A DNA stretch of 57,551 nt, filler included, from Jimgerdemannia flammicorona (Eukaryota), in assembly GCA_003990765.1 (NCBI GenBank). It is 3 parts of 3 records of this genome, joined end to end, with 100 filler letters (N's around TTAATTAATTAA, not from the genome) between each part and the next. Parts side by side here need not be neighbours in the genome. Positions count along the whole stretch, not along the records: positions 1 to 19,122 come from RBNJ01002023.1; 2 more parts are not named here. One strand, written 5' to 3'. This document shows positions 1 to 12,984 of the stretch, one piece after another. Both the position numbers and the translations under genes were made by a program. Position 1 is the stretch's first letter, and every line of letters begins with the position of its first letter. Below the pieces are notes generated by a model that was not told the origin of the DNA, made no database searches, and saw only the letters and a list, made by a program, of their open reading frames with translations.

Positions 1-45
1 TGTCCAAGTGACTATAAAAAAAAAAAAAAAATAAAAATAAAAAAA
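1..45 (+). mobile_element. 3' end and poly(A) tail of a family-A LINE inserted in a Gypsy element
   Basis: tgtccaagtgactat+A-tract matches the 3' end of the LINE copy at 54896-54932 (agtccaagagactat+A-tract). Confidence 0.75.
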
Positions 46-99
46 TGAACTACTAGCTCTCCTAAAAGATGGTGATGATGAAGAAAAAATCAAGATCAA

Positions 100-510
100 G
101 ATTTGGAGGATCCTCCCTGATGCAGTTCTATCAGAATACAAGTCAGAAAATACAGCTGAAATAGATATTACTATTATAGAAGAAACTATACTGAAGCTCC
201 AAATAACTACCCTACTTGCAACTAATCTGGAGATGAGTATTCCAAAAGATCATATTGGGATTCTCAAGACAAGAAGCAGTCTGGCTAAGAGTGAGATTAT
301 GATTGAAGGAGGAGTTATTGATTTGGATTATGTTGGATAAATACTACTCATCACTAGGAACTACAACCCTATGATTTTATTTTTACTCAAGAAGAAGAAC
401 TGATTGGTGCTATTGTTAATCTTCTCAGTTCTTTAGCCAAAGATCATAGAAGTCAAGAAGTTGGAGGAAATGGAAAGAGAAAAGAAAGGATTTGAATCCA
501 CAAGAAGAGG
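100..510 (+). pseudogene. dUTPase domain of Gypsy pol (degenerate)
   Basis: Translation gives KTRSSLAK, EGGVIDLDYVG and EREKKGFEST(RRG), matching trimeric dUTPase motifs 2, 3 and 5 (RSSLA, GVIDxDYxG, RGxxGFGSTG). Confidence 0.85.
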
Positions 511-2573
511 AGTATTTATCAGTACTAAGATCACTAAACTAGACCACAAAAAGAAGAAAACTACAAATAAGTATAGCTATACCATTGAAAATTAATTCTC
601 ACTCAAGAAGGAACTCAAGAAGATACTCTACAAATTTGAAGATATCGTAGCCACAGACTTCAAGGATATCAAGAAAAAGACTCTATACTATTATCATGAC
701 ATAGATATAGAGGACACCAAATCAATCTACCAAAAAACAAGACCAATCCAACTAGCCTACTATAAATGGCTCAGAGAAGAAATCAAGCAGATGGAAGAAG
801 CTGGTATCATCTAAGAAGCCAGCAGCCCTTGGGCTTCACCAGTCATATTGGTCTCAAAAAAAGAAAGCAAACTAGGAGAATTTGCCCCAAGACTCTGTAC
901 TGATTACAGAAAGCTCAACCTGGCTATAAAGAAGGATTGCCAATCACTGCCCCTCATAAGTGACATCCTTGTAACTCTGGGAGATAAAGTACTGTATTAC
1001 AGTATCTTGAATTATACTCAGGATTTTACCAGATTGGCTTCACTAAAGCAGTAAGTAAAAAATCAGTCTTCTTCACCTCAGATAAAACCTATATCTATCT
1101 GCAAATGTTATTTGAAATGTATAATGTACCAGCAAGCTTTTAGTGAATGATGAACAAAATCTTCTACTATGACATGGGAAGATGGATGATAGTTTATATA
1201 GATGATATTATTATCTACAGAAATATAGTCAAAGAACATCTACAGCATATCCAGCAGATGATAAAAAAGCTAAAGAAGTATGGCCTATATATATATCAAG
1301 TCTAAGAAGTGCAAGTTTGTAGAAATCAAGATCTTCTACCTTGATCATATCATCAACCAAGATAGAACATATACAGATTCTCTCAAAATTCAAGTAGTAG
1401 AAGTATACCCAAGGTCTACTACTGTCACTGAAGCCTAAGTCTTCATGAGACTTGCCTCATATTACTGTCCAATTTATGGACTCAATAAGAAAGATATCAA
1501 GTTCCAATAGACTGACAGGCAACAAAAAGCATTTGACAAGCTCAAGATCAGACTGACTCAAGCACCCATCCTCAGAAGACCCAATTGGACTCAAGAATTC
1601 ATTCTGCAGACAGTTGTAAGTACATAAGGACTAGGAGCAGTTCTGGCTCAAAAGAAAGACAAAGTAGAGTACATCATTACATATCTAGGCCAAGGAACCT
1701 GAGGAGCAGAAAAGGAATATAAATTCTATAAGTTAGAATATCTTGCAATTATCTAGGCTGTAGAAAAGTTTCACTACTATCTTGCAGAGAGACATTTCAC
1801 TATTCAGATAGATCACTCAGCCCTAACTTGGCTACTGACCACCAGACAACCCAAAGAAATCTATGCCAGATGGATTATGAAGTTGCAGGCCTATAATGTA
1901 TCCATTATGCACTACTCTAGAAGAACTAATATCAATGCAGATGCCCTCTCATATATACTCTGAAGGACTCTCAACCAGAAAATCAACCATGAATAAGGAA
2001 CTCTACTACAGAATTATTACCTATCTGGGACAGTGAAAGATATCTCAACATCTGGAAGAATAGATACAAATGATTATCAATGGAATATAGAAGCATTTTG
2101 AGACCAACAGAGAAATACTAAAGAAAAAAAAGCTGCTGGTTATATCTGAACATAAGAAGGAACAAACATATATAAAAAAGCAAAAAGAACAATGTGGTGG
2201 CCAAGAATAGAGAAAGATATCAGAAGATTTGTCAAGATCTGTGACAAATACTAGAAATAGAAATAAGACTAATAAAATCAGACTCCAGGATTAGCATACA
2301 TAGAATCAATATCCTTTGTATATATTGCAATAGATGTAATTAGCCCTCTACCCTTGACTTTGACTGGCAACCAATATATCATTGTTGTTGTAGACCTTTT
2401 CATAAAATAGATAGAGGCAGAACCACTCAAAGAAGTCAATATACAGTCAATTACTAATTTTCTCTACAAAGAAATCATCTGTCAATTTAAGACCCCAGTA
2501 CAAGTAACTATAGACAGAGGAATAGAATTCATGAACTAGTTCTTTGAGGTTCTCTATAAGAAGTATAAGATTT

Positions 2574-5500
2574 GGACATCATTCACTGGTAACATTCAAG
2601 TGACACAAGACTCAGACAACACTTTCTGCAATATTTTTGATAACAGGAGACTAGCAATATAGATAGTAATGACCATACTGGTGAGTGTGTTGGCCAGGGG
2701 AGCAGCAATGCCTTTGACTGCCAGCATGTTGGGAGGAGACAGGAAGATGGTTTGGGGATGCTGGAGCCTTCTACAGTTGGTTGAGGCATTGGTGGTAGAG
2801 GGAGGGGTGAATTGAGAAACCAAGGAGGGGGAGGATGACCTTTGCTGACAAGGTCAAGATGGAGAGAATGGCATTGGATCTGGATAGTTGGTTGGGGCTG
2901 GGGAAGGTGTTGAAGGCTGCTGTTGGGGGACAGAGAGGGGCCCCCATGGAAGGGTTGGGCAGTAGGAGTGGGGGGAGAGTAGTAGGGGCTGGAGTTGTGA
3001 CTGCTGATGGAGCTGTGACTGGAGATCTGGAAAAAAATCCAGATATGATAGTTGTTGGTGGATCAGAACAGGGGGAGAGCACGAGGCCTGGGGATCTAGC
3101 AGATGGTATGATGGATATAGTGTCAGCACTGTTACTCAAAAAGTCAAGATCAGAATTCACTATCACATTATGCTTCTGAGGCTTAGTGGTAACCGCAAGG
3201 ATGATTTTGAGGTTAGTGGTACAGGAGGTGAAGGGGGTGGCTTTGGTGAAGTTCTTGAAGGAGAAAGAAGGAGTTGGGGTTGGATTTGAGATAGAGGCAT
3301 CATTATTGGAGGCTGTGGAGAAGGGGGTAGTAGTGGGTGGAGTGGTGGTTCCTATGGTCAGGTGTATGTGCTGGAACCCCTGAGTGGTACAGCTGATAGT
3401 GCTGGATCTTCCTACAGTGTCAAGGGAGAGGGCCAGGGAGCTGATTGTGGAGGTGGTCAAGGAATATGGAGAGATAGTGGACATTGGGTTCAGGGTCTGA
3501 GAGGGTATTGAACTCTGGACAGAAGATGTTGACATTATGGTAAGGCTGGCTGAAAGGGAGAATATGGGGAAGACAAGAGACTGGCCTGCAACTCTTAAGT
3601 AGGGTCCAGTTGAGTGCAAGGTCTTGCAGGTGAAAGAGATGTCAGAGGAAGAGGAGGATTGCTGGAGGCTCTTGAGGATCTGGCAAGAGCAGTTGAGAGG
3701 AGAAGACTGGCTTGGAAGAAGTATGAAGCCAAGACAGTGGTGGAGATTGTGGATGGAAAGAGGATCAGGATGGACAAGGTGGCCTGAGAGAAGGCACAGG
3801 GGAGGCAAATCAAGAAAGAGTTATTGGAGAAGCTGGGAGAAAGTGTGGCAGATAGCAGAGTGGGAGAAGGTGGTGCTGGACTGAGGGAGAGTGCCTGGGC
3901 TGGAGAGCACTGGGTGGCTCAGGATGCAGCCCAGGGTGGATCAAATGAGGAGGGATGGGGTGGCATAGTAGAGGATACAGAAATGGGAGAGGAAGTTACC
4001 CTCAGTATGGTGTCCCAAGTGGGACAGAGGGGGAGGAGGAGTGCTCTGGTGGACCCTGTGGTGGAGGTTGAAGGGGTCACTCAGAGTGTTGCTGAGGCAG
4101 TGGATGAAGAGAAGTGGCTGTGGAAGACTCTGGAGGGGGTGGCAGCTGAGGAGCTGGGGGAAGAGGACTTCCAGATACTAAGTGATAGATATTGGAAGGA
4201 AATCCTTCATGGGGAGGAGGTGCTGAGGAAGATTAGGAATGAGATCCTGGCAGTGCTCTTGGAGTCCAAGGAATATCAAGTTGATGATCAGGGGAGGAGG
4301 CCCTTAGAGAAATTGCAAATGACTGAGCAGCATACTTATGGGGCTCAAGGAAGAGGTTGGAGAAGTGGAGAGTGGTATGCATGGATTATTGGGTGGAAAT
4401 GGAGGTTGTGGATGGAGTGGAGTATCAGGAAATCTTGGAAGCACTGGATGCTCAGGCTATAGCAGAGGATGAGTTAGAGGCAGAGTGGCATGTGGATCTG
4501 GCTGGTGATGAGATGAGTATGGAATTCTAGAATTGGCTCTCAATATGGAACATTTTTCATCATGAACAGTACAACTAGAATATTTTCTTTGAATGTGAAT
4601 GGGTTGAGAGGAGTGGCACAGTGAAGGAGTATCTTTGGCTGACTTAAGAGACTGAATGCAGATCTCTTCTTACTGCAGGATATACAGTATGAGGTGGACA
4701 TGGACTTACAGGATTGGACTAGCAAATGGGGTGGAGCAGCTGTGTAGACTGGGGGGGTGGGCATTCTGGTTCGAAAGGGGATAGAGGACATTGGAGATAT
4801 TGGACATTGGGGGAGTAGGTTGGTGTGGGGAGTATGGAAAAGGCCTGGGTAGAACCCTTTGACTGTTGGGTCATATTATTGCCTAGCTGAGAGGGGGGAA
4901 CACATAGATTGGATTAGGAATCTGAGAGAGACTGGTGTTATGGGTGAGGCAGGGATTGACTGCCTGGGGGGTGATTTCAACATAGTGCATAATAATGAGA
5001 TAGACAGGACTAATAGTGGGAGAGGAATGAGAGGTAGAAGTGGTAGGTTGGATGATTGCATGGAAATTGAGAGGGTGAGCTCTTGGTTGACTCAGGGTGA
5101 CAGCTCTGGGCGGATCAGAAAATTTATACCCACTGGGTTGCAGGGCTGGGCTCCAGGATCAACTGGGTGTTGATGGTGGAGTATTGGAGAGTAGATGTCT
5201 GGGATATGCTAGAGGTGGTTTGGTGCCCATGGTCAGATCACTAGGGTCTGATAGATAGTGGGAGATTTGGGGGAAGTGGGGATGGGCCCAGACATTGGTG
5301 ACTGAATTCTTCTTTATTGGAGGATGGTTCCTTATAGATAGACTGGGAAGTGGAAATTATTGGGAAGATTGGTAGGTGGCATGAGCAGGAATTGGAGATT
5401 GGGGATTGCTGGTGGCAGCTGAAATTGAGTGCTCAAAGGTACTGGAGGGAGGCAGGGAAAGGAAGGAGTGCTCAGTGGTAGCGGTGAGTGCAATGGGCTT

Positions 5501-8301
5501 CACAAAGATTGGCAGCACTTCTGGGGAGATGGGCAGGATTGCTGAAGGATTAGGGGGTAGCCAACTGGCGAATTCTGTAGATACAGAAGGAAGTAGATGA
5601 GCTAAAGAAGGTGCTACAGATGGAGGAAGAGGTTCAGCTGAAGGGGATGGTGGTGAGGCTGCAGTGGCAGGGGTTGGAAGAGGGGGAGAGGCCCACTAGA
5701 TTCCTTTCACAGTTGCTCCAAGCTCAGAGGACCAGACAGTGGTGGGATGGTATTTTGGATGAGGATGGGGAGATGGTGGCAGAGACTCCTAAGATTTTGG
5801 AATTACTGAGGACTCACTGGGGGAATTTATAGAGTGAAGAAGAAGGGGATGAGAATGCTCTGAACATTGAACAGCAGTTGGAGGATTGGCACCCAGACCC
5901 AGCATTGAGCCTAGGGATGCTGGGAGATCCAGTGTGGGGAGAGGAAGTATATAAGGTCTTGGCTTTGACAAGCAAGGAGATAGCTCCAGGAGAGGATGGG
6001 CTTCTCTGGGATTTTTGAAAGAAAATGGTTGGGGTGGAGGTGATATTGAAGGAAATGACAGTGATGTATGGTGAGGTTCTTTGGTCTGGAACTTAGATTG
6101 AGGGACAGTGCCTTGGGCTGGTCTCCTTGCTCTATAAGGATAAGGAGAGAAGAGAAGATTGGAAGTACTGATGGCCAATCATGCTCCTGGATATGAACTG
6201 CAAGCTGGTAACAAAGATCTTGGTAACTAGATTGCAGAGAATAGCTCAGCAGATGTTAGGACTGAAGCAGAGGGGATTTTTTGGGGGATGGTTGATCTGA
6301 GATAAAACTGCCTGGGTTCATGGGGTGATTAAAGGGGCTCAGGCAGCTGGGGTTGATGGTCAGTTAGTATTTTTGGATCAGGAGAAGGCATATGACAGGG
6401 TGAGGAGGGTCTGGCTAAAAGGAGTGCTGAAATGTGTGGGAGTTCCCCCAGTATTCAGAAGGTCATTAATCAGTCTATTAGAGAACAGTTAAGTAGCATT
6501 AGTGGTGAATAGATATAGAGGGGTGACTTTTCCACTGGGTCACAGGGTGCTGTAAGGGGATCCTTTATCACCCATCCTATATGCCCTTTCCTTCGAGCCC
6601 CTATTGGACAGGATTTGGTATTGATTTGGGAGTTTAGATATTTTGGAGATTAACTGGAAGGTTGGGGCTTTTGCAAATAATATGGTGGTTAGATTGGGTT
6701 CATTAGTAGATGTGGAGGAATTAAGGAGGACTGTAGAATGGTATGAGAGGGACTCAGGTGCTCAACTCAACTGACACAAGTATGAGACTCTGATGCTAGG
6801 CAGTGGAATTGTTGGTAGTAATGTAATTGGAACAGTGGTTTCAGCAGGAGAACCAGTCCAGTATTTGGGAATATACTTCTTAGTATATGGGTCCCTCCTG
6901 CCCTGTATATAGTGGAAACAGCAACTACTAGTATGGAGGAATACTCTTTTGAGATGGGGTGGTCAGAGGAAGGGTGATGGTGCTGAATGTATATTGGCTA
7001 CCAAAGCTGTAGTATGTCAGGTATTATCTGGACTTTCTGGCGTGGGTGATCAGGCATCTTCTGAAGATGGCAAGATCATGGATTTGGGCTGGGCAGTGAA
7101 GTCAGATAGGCTGGGAGGTTCTGACCCTGCCTGTTGACAGAGGCAGACTGGACTTAGTTTGATTTTACCAAGCATCTATACTGCCTGAGAGCATGGTGGC
7201 TGAAGAGAGTGAGTGAGTTAAGAGGCCAGGAGTGGGTACCACTTATACAGAGAGTGTGGGAAGTCTGTTACTCCCCTCATAGAGCAACTGGTGACCTGCT
7301 TGCAATAGTGGCTATAGATGAGAGCAAGAGGATGCATTATAAAGGCTTTTGGTGGGGAGTGGTAGATAGTGCAAGGAGAATTGAACTTCAGTGGAGGGGT
7401 GATGAGGGGGAGGAAGACTGGGGACCATAGATGTGGAGATGGGACTGGCTATTACTGGGGGGTATATTGGTGGAGGACTTTCAGCTTAGTGAAGGAATGG
7501 AATATATAAGGGGGCTCAGGGGTGACATATGGCCTGAAGCATGGCAGAGGGTGGAGATTGGCAAGGAGTGGAATTGGAATGATATTTGGCCTTGAAGTAA
7601 ACAGGTGATGCATTGGCTTCCTCCCAAGTTCTGGGTGGTATGGTGGAGGTTTCTAAGGCGGAATGTGATGCTGAACTATTGGTTGGAGCACTTGGTGGCA
7701 GATGGCATGTTTGAGTGTGAGGAGTGCATGGACATTGGCCAGGAGGGGGGAGTGGTACAAACATCTGAACATTGGCTAGGGGAGTGTGAAGTTTTGGAGA
7801 AGTTTTGGCACAGTATTTCTAGTAGACTAGAATTGCAGCCCCTGGAGAGAGGAGAAGGAGAGAGATGGGAGGACTTCTAGCAAAGGTTAGTGGGTGGGGT
7901 GGGAGATGAATGATTGACCTTGAGATGGGCTCTGACAATTTGGGTAGAGTTGGCCAGCCATTGGCTTCATGTCTTTGAGGAGGACTGGCAGGTTGTAATT
8001 GGAGTTAGGGTGGCATATTGAGAATGGTTAATATTAGACATTTTGAATGGTTGGTGGTGAGGGTGGAGACCAAGTGGAGGGAGCCATCAGAATCTGGTGA
8101 ATTTTATTTATAAAAAGAGTGACAGGAGGGTCTAGATAATAGGTGACTGAGTTGTCCTTCAGTGGGGAGAGATGGTAAGTGGAGAGGGAGATCCAAGAGG
8201 GATTGGCTGAGGGATTGTGGGTACATATGTTGTATTATTTATAGATTGAATGGTAATAAATGGAAGTCTGAGTAATTATAAAAAAAAAAAAAAAAAAAAA
8301 A
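2574..8301 (+). mobile_element. Full-length L1/Tx1-like LINE, family A copy 1 (heavily mutated)
   Basis: TSD aagtataagattt at 2561-2573 and 8302-8314. AATAAA and poly(A) tail present. ORF1 remnant ~2657-4530; ORF2 remnant 4562-8210 starts MNSTTRIFSLNVNGLRG and has APE and RT motifs. Colinear with the copies at 26.3 and 49.1 kb. Confidence 0.93.
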
Positions 8302-8879
8302 AAGTATAAGATTTAGCACATTCAGACTACAGCTTATTACCCTCAGAGAAATAGATAAGCAGAAAGGACTAACAAGACTCTCAAGAACATCATTACCAAG
8401 ATCTGCAATAACTATGAAAACTGGGATTACTATCTGCCAATAGTATTATCTACTCTTTGAGATATCTGATCATAAAGTACTTATTTTATCTCTTGAAATA
8501 TACTATTTGGAGAAGAAAGTTCTCAAGAAACTCTATTATCCAATAGAGATACAGTATAGAGATATGTAGATATAGAGATATGGAGACTACACTAAATCAG
8601 AAAGAAGGCTGAGGATTATATTATCAAGGTATAGATACTATAACAGAATAATACAGAAATGATTCATAAGTCTCTAGAGATTATCAAGATAGGAGACAAA
8701 GTTCTGATGTATTGAAATATGGTAGAAGCTTTATAGTTATAAAAACTGAAGCCTAAGTAGAAAAGACCTTACTTTGTGTAAGATATAAAAAAAATCACCT
8801 TTTGGTTACAAAAACTCTCAGATACAATCATTCTCACTACTATTTATCAAAATAAACTCAAAAGATATCATAGCTAATA

Positions 8880-10780
8880 AATAGAATACTGTTAAAGCCC
8901 TTGAGATCACCAGTACTGCACAATAAGCTATAGAAAGACAATAGTATACTACTAAGTCACTGATCATAAAAGATTTGATAGTATCCAGAGTATAGTTCAG
9001 ATATACTTATTATGAATCTCACACTTCAAGACCTACCCGAATTGGACTGAGTTTCAAGAATACTTCAAGTTGGGATAGCTATTAAACTTATGGTCAGAGA
9101 TGGGAAAAGAAGACTGGATTAAAGAGTGTCAGCTCTCTTATACTTAGATCATAATTACTAAATAAGTTAATAAGTTGTTCAAAGATGATGAGCCAGCTCT
9201 AGCTCATTTTTATAGAGTCATCCTAGAAGACTTTGGATACATAAAGAGATACAATTGGGAGAATATAATAATATAAATCATATAGTATAAGGAGATACAA
9301 ATTATAGAAGCTTGGAAGTTTGAGTAAATAGAATGTTTTAGAAATGAATCACCTATTCAAAAGAAAGTTGTAATGATTGATCTAAATTAGGAATATGAAT
9401 CAGAAGAATAGATATTTGATTATAGTACTTGAATCCAATTTCCAAATATAGTATAGTCTTATAAATAGTAGTCATAGTATTTCACAAATATTAAACTCTT
9501 TGTAAATATTAAAGTTTTCATAAATGTTAAAGTTTTCCCAAATGTTAAAGATCTCACAGATGTCAATTATCAAAGATTTAGCAGATATTGGAAAAATTCA
9601 ATACTTGAAAAGTGACTCATAACTTAGCCACATTATAGCTAACAAACTTGTATAAATATCTCCAATATCTAGAGTGAATAAATTCAGATCAAAATAGTTC
9701 AAAGATAAGAAAAAGTAAGAGAACTAGTAAGTCTGCAGGCAGATACACTTTGAACTCATCCACTCCTATATCCCAAGAACTCAGCAGAGTTAAAGAAGAT
9801 CAAGTTTTTAAAATACAGAAATCTGATATACTTATATAATTACATATCTACTATGTTATACTCTTAAGATTACAAGTACTGTTCAGTAAGCTATAAAAGA
9901 CAATGGTGTTATATTAAGCTACCAACTATAGAGGATTTCTTTGATATTATATAAATCTATCTATATATCATACATTTTATACTTTTGAATTTACTAGAAC
10001 TGTACTGAGTTTCAAGAGTACTTCAAGTTAGAATAATTACTAAATAAGAAGAAGGACATAATCAAAGAAGAGTGGATTACTGAATATCTGATATTCTATA
10101 CTCAAATTACTATTACCAAGTAGGTCTACAAACTATTTAAGAATAATGAGTAAGCTCTAGTCTATTTCTAAGAGGTAACTCTAGGAGATTTTTAGCAAGT
10201 AAAGAGATGTCACTGGAAACATATAATCAAGCAGATTATATAGTATAAGAATATATAATTATTTAAAGTATAGAAGTTTGAATAAGATTATACAGAGATA
10301 AAATTACTTATTTAGAAGAAATTTATAATAGTTGATCTGAATTAAAAACAATAATTAAAAGATAGATATTTGATTATAGAATCTGAATCCAATTACTGAT
10401 ATAGTATAATATTATAGTTTTATAGTTACTTGATCTTTTAGTTATATAATTTCCATAATTATATAAAATTCACAATTATACAGATTATACAAATATACAG
10501 ATATATAGATCTCTCAACTGTATAAAATAACTTATAGAAAAAAAAGTTTTAACTTAGCTGCTATATAGCTAGTAAACTTGTATAAATATCTTTAATATCT
10601 AGAGTAAATAAATCTTAAATTGAAATAGTTATAGCAAAGAGATAAGAAACTAGTAAGACTGCAGGCAGATATACTTTAAACTCACCTATCTTAGTATCAG
10701 AGAACTCTGAAAAGTCAAAGAAGATCAAATATTCAAGATAAAGAAATCTGTTATACTTTTACTAGTATATATTGCTATAT
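8880..10780 (+). repeat. Tandem ~960-bp duplication of the Gypsy post-integrase region carrying a decayed extra ORF
   Basis: aagctatagaaagacaatag at ~8925 recurs at ~9889, and ctgcaggcagata(c/t)acttt occurs at ~9733 and ~10659. One unit is also present, reversed, at ~41970-42930. Confidence 0.75.
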
Positions 10781-10854
10781 TACTGAGTTAAAGCTAAATA
10801 TAACTATATTAAATATATGACTCAAAAGTATATTAGTATATTTATATAATAAAT

Positions 10855-11466
10855 TATTACATATAAGATATCAGAATTTTTGACAGAAATTCCAATAGAA
10901 ATTTCTACAGAATTTCTATAGAATTTCCTACTTACAGTTATAGTTTCTGAATATAATATAACTATATATAGATATATTTAGTATACAATATTTAGCTATA
11001 GCCTCAAATCTATATAAATATCCTTTATACTGAGTATGTTGTAACCTTAGCTCTGCTTTTCCTGAATATAAAAATAAAACAGTATTCTTATCACAGAACT
11101 CTCAGATCCAACTTGGAATACAAGCATACTATCTTTCACTAGCACAAGAACCTGAAAGCAATACTTGGACTATACTGCCACAACAGGCAATTAGAACTCA
11201 GCACTTCCTCACAAGTACTCAGAACTTAGGGCTGATAGTCATCTTGATTATTTGTAATATATTAATTCTATCAGCATATAGTTTTATTATACAAAGCTTC
11301 AAAGATAAAATGGTATCAATAACTATCTTTAAACATAGAGCCACACTCAGACCAGCAGTAATTTTAATTTTGAATTATTTATTAGATCATTGTTTTCTAA
11401 TAAATACTTTAGTATGGTATAGATAACAAATCTCAGATCAAACTTGTCAGTACGAAACCTGATATA
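10855..11466 (+). repeat. Putative 3' LTR of Gypsy copy 1
   Basis: Position after the internal region, tataaa (~11013) and aataaa (~11073) motifs, and an abrupt switch to CpG-containing DNA at ~11480. No partner LTR in the window and the ends are inferred. Confidence 0.35.
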
Positions 11467-12654
11467 CTAGACTAATTAGTATGGTTTGTGAGCCTGCAAA
11501 TTTGGCGTGATGTTCCACGAAAATTTGGGAGTGGCCCTTTGCCAGAAAAAGACGGATCCATAGTGACTCCTTTTCCTATAGGAAGCGCCAAAAAGAAACC
11601 TGCAGAGGAGATTCCTTGATTGCACGCTGCTTGCCCGAATATGCTCATATCTGTCGTTATTTACATGACGAACAATCCCTACTTGTTTACTAATACTGTA
11701 GCCCACTTAAGGGCGTCTTTTGGAAGGACCACGAGGCTTTGTAAATGCCTCGCGTAGTAATCAATTGCCATTGCACGTGACCACGTCATGTCTTTGTCCG
11801 ACGCGTCCAATTAGCGTTATTGGCAATGGCGCGATTGACGAGAGGTCAGCGGCAATAAGGCGATTAACGAGAGCGCTTTTGAAGGTGGACGGTTTGAGTG
11901 GCAGACATACCCACCGATAGACGCGAAAGTTGTCTCGCCGACGGTCCCTCCTCAACCTGTAGAGGGGGGCGTCGTACTTGTTGCCCTTGATGTCCCACTG
12001 GTAGTACATCGGATTTAATTGTATTAGAGACTACAACGCAAGCGTGGAGATAACGGGGCGAGGTTCCAATACATATTTGGAAAGAATGGCATTTACTCTT
12101 GATCCGTCAATTCGGGTTCCATGAATCAATGCGGAAGAAAACAATCCCGAGATAACGGTCTACTCCATAACCTCCAAACAAAACGTCATATTCATATCTA
12201 TTTCAAATGGTAATCATGTGGATTTCACCCCGCCATAAAACCTCCCACGGTACATGACCCGAAAATACACACAGGTCAAATAATTTTTGAGCCTGTAAAC
12301 GGACGCTATAACCTTCTCTGCCTAACCCTCTACGACGGGTTCGTCCCATCCGACGATCCTGTCGTCTGTTTTTGTCTTGCGGAGACACCATCGATAAAGG
12401 TCGCGGTTGAAGTTATTTTCATGAGTGTGAGTGTCGGGGGTGTAAAGATGGCATATTTATTATTTTTTGAGGGGAAAGGAATGTAATTACAGGAGATGGT
12501 TGGATGAGCTGAATTTTATGCGTTCTGAGGCCGACATAGGGGGGTACAATGCACAAGGGTTTGATCATGTGATCGCAGACCCTACCGAGCTATACATAGA
12601 ATTTGCAACGTGGAGTGATGTCAGTTCTCGGGGGTAGAGCTACTGTTGTGTGGG

Positions 12655-12725
12655 AGAGTGAGTGGATATTTCCAAGTGAGTGAGTGGAGATTCCTAAGTG
12701 AGTGAGTGAGTGAGTGAGTGAGTGA
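12655..12725. repeat. (GAGT)n-type microsatellite upstream of AVT1 copy 1
   Basis: gagtgagtgagt... runs read directly. Confidence 0.8.
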
Positions 12726-12984
12726 AGGCTTTCCCTTGAGTCAGGGGTGTCTCGGTACCTGGGCTGTGTCGTTAAGCGCAGACAAATGGAGTGGTGGCGC
12801 TGTGGCACCTAATTATAAGATTTGCTACTTACGTTATTTCGTGACTGCCAACCCTCTGTCCTCTTATCGCTTTGTCGCCCTCTCCCTTCTATTTCCACCG
12901 CTCTATCCACCCACCCACCCACCCCTTCACCCACCCCACCCCATCCCACCCAGCCCATCTACACCACCACCCCCTCCGCCGAGA

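Larger units (their letters stand above)
46..11466 (+). mobile_element. Ty3/Gypsy LTR retrotransposon copy 1, degenerate, interrupted by a LINE at 2574-8301
   Basis: Domain order dUTPase-RT-RNaseH-IN. RT motifs SSPWASPV, RLCTDYRKLN and YIDD (~1195). Integrase resumes after the LINE (TTAYYPQRN at ~8326). Many stops from transitions. Right boundary approximate. Confidence 0.88.

Noticed and set aside
2771..3808. 345-aa minus-strand ORF and similar antisense ORFs over the LINEs
   Set aside because: Shadow frames of the G-rich LINE sense strand; Ser/Pro/Thr-rich and not consistently open across copies.
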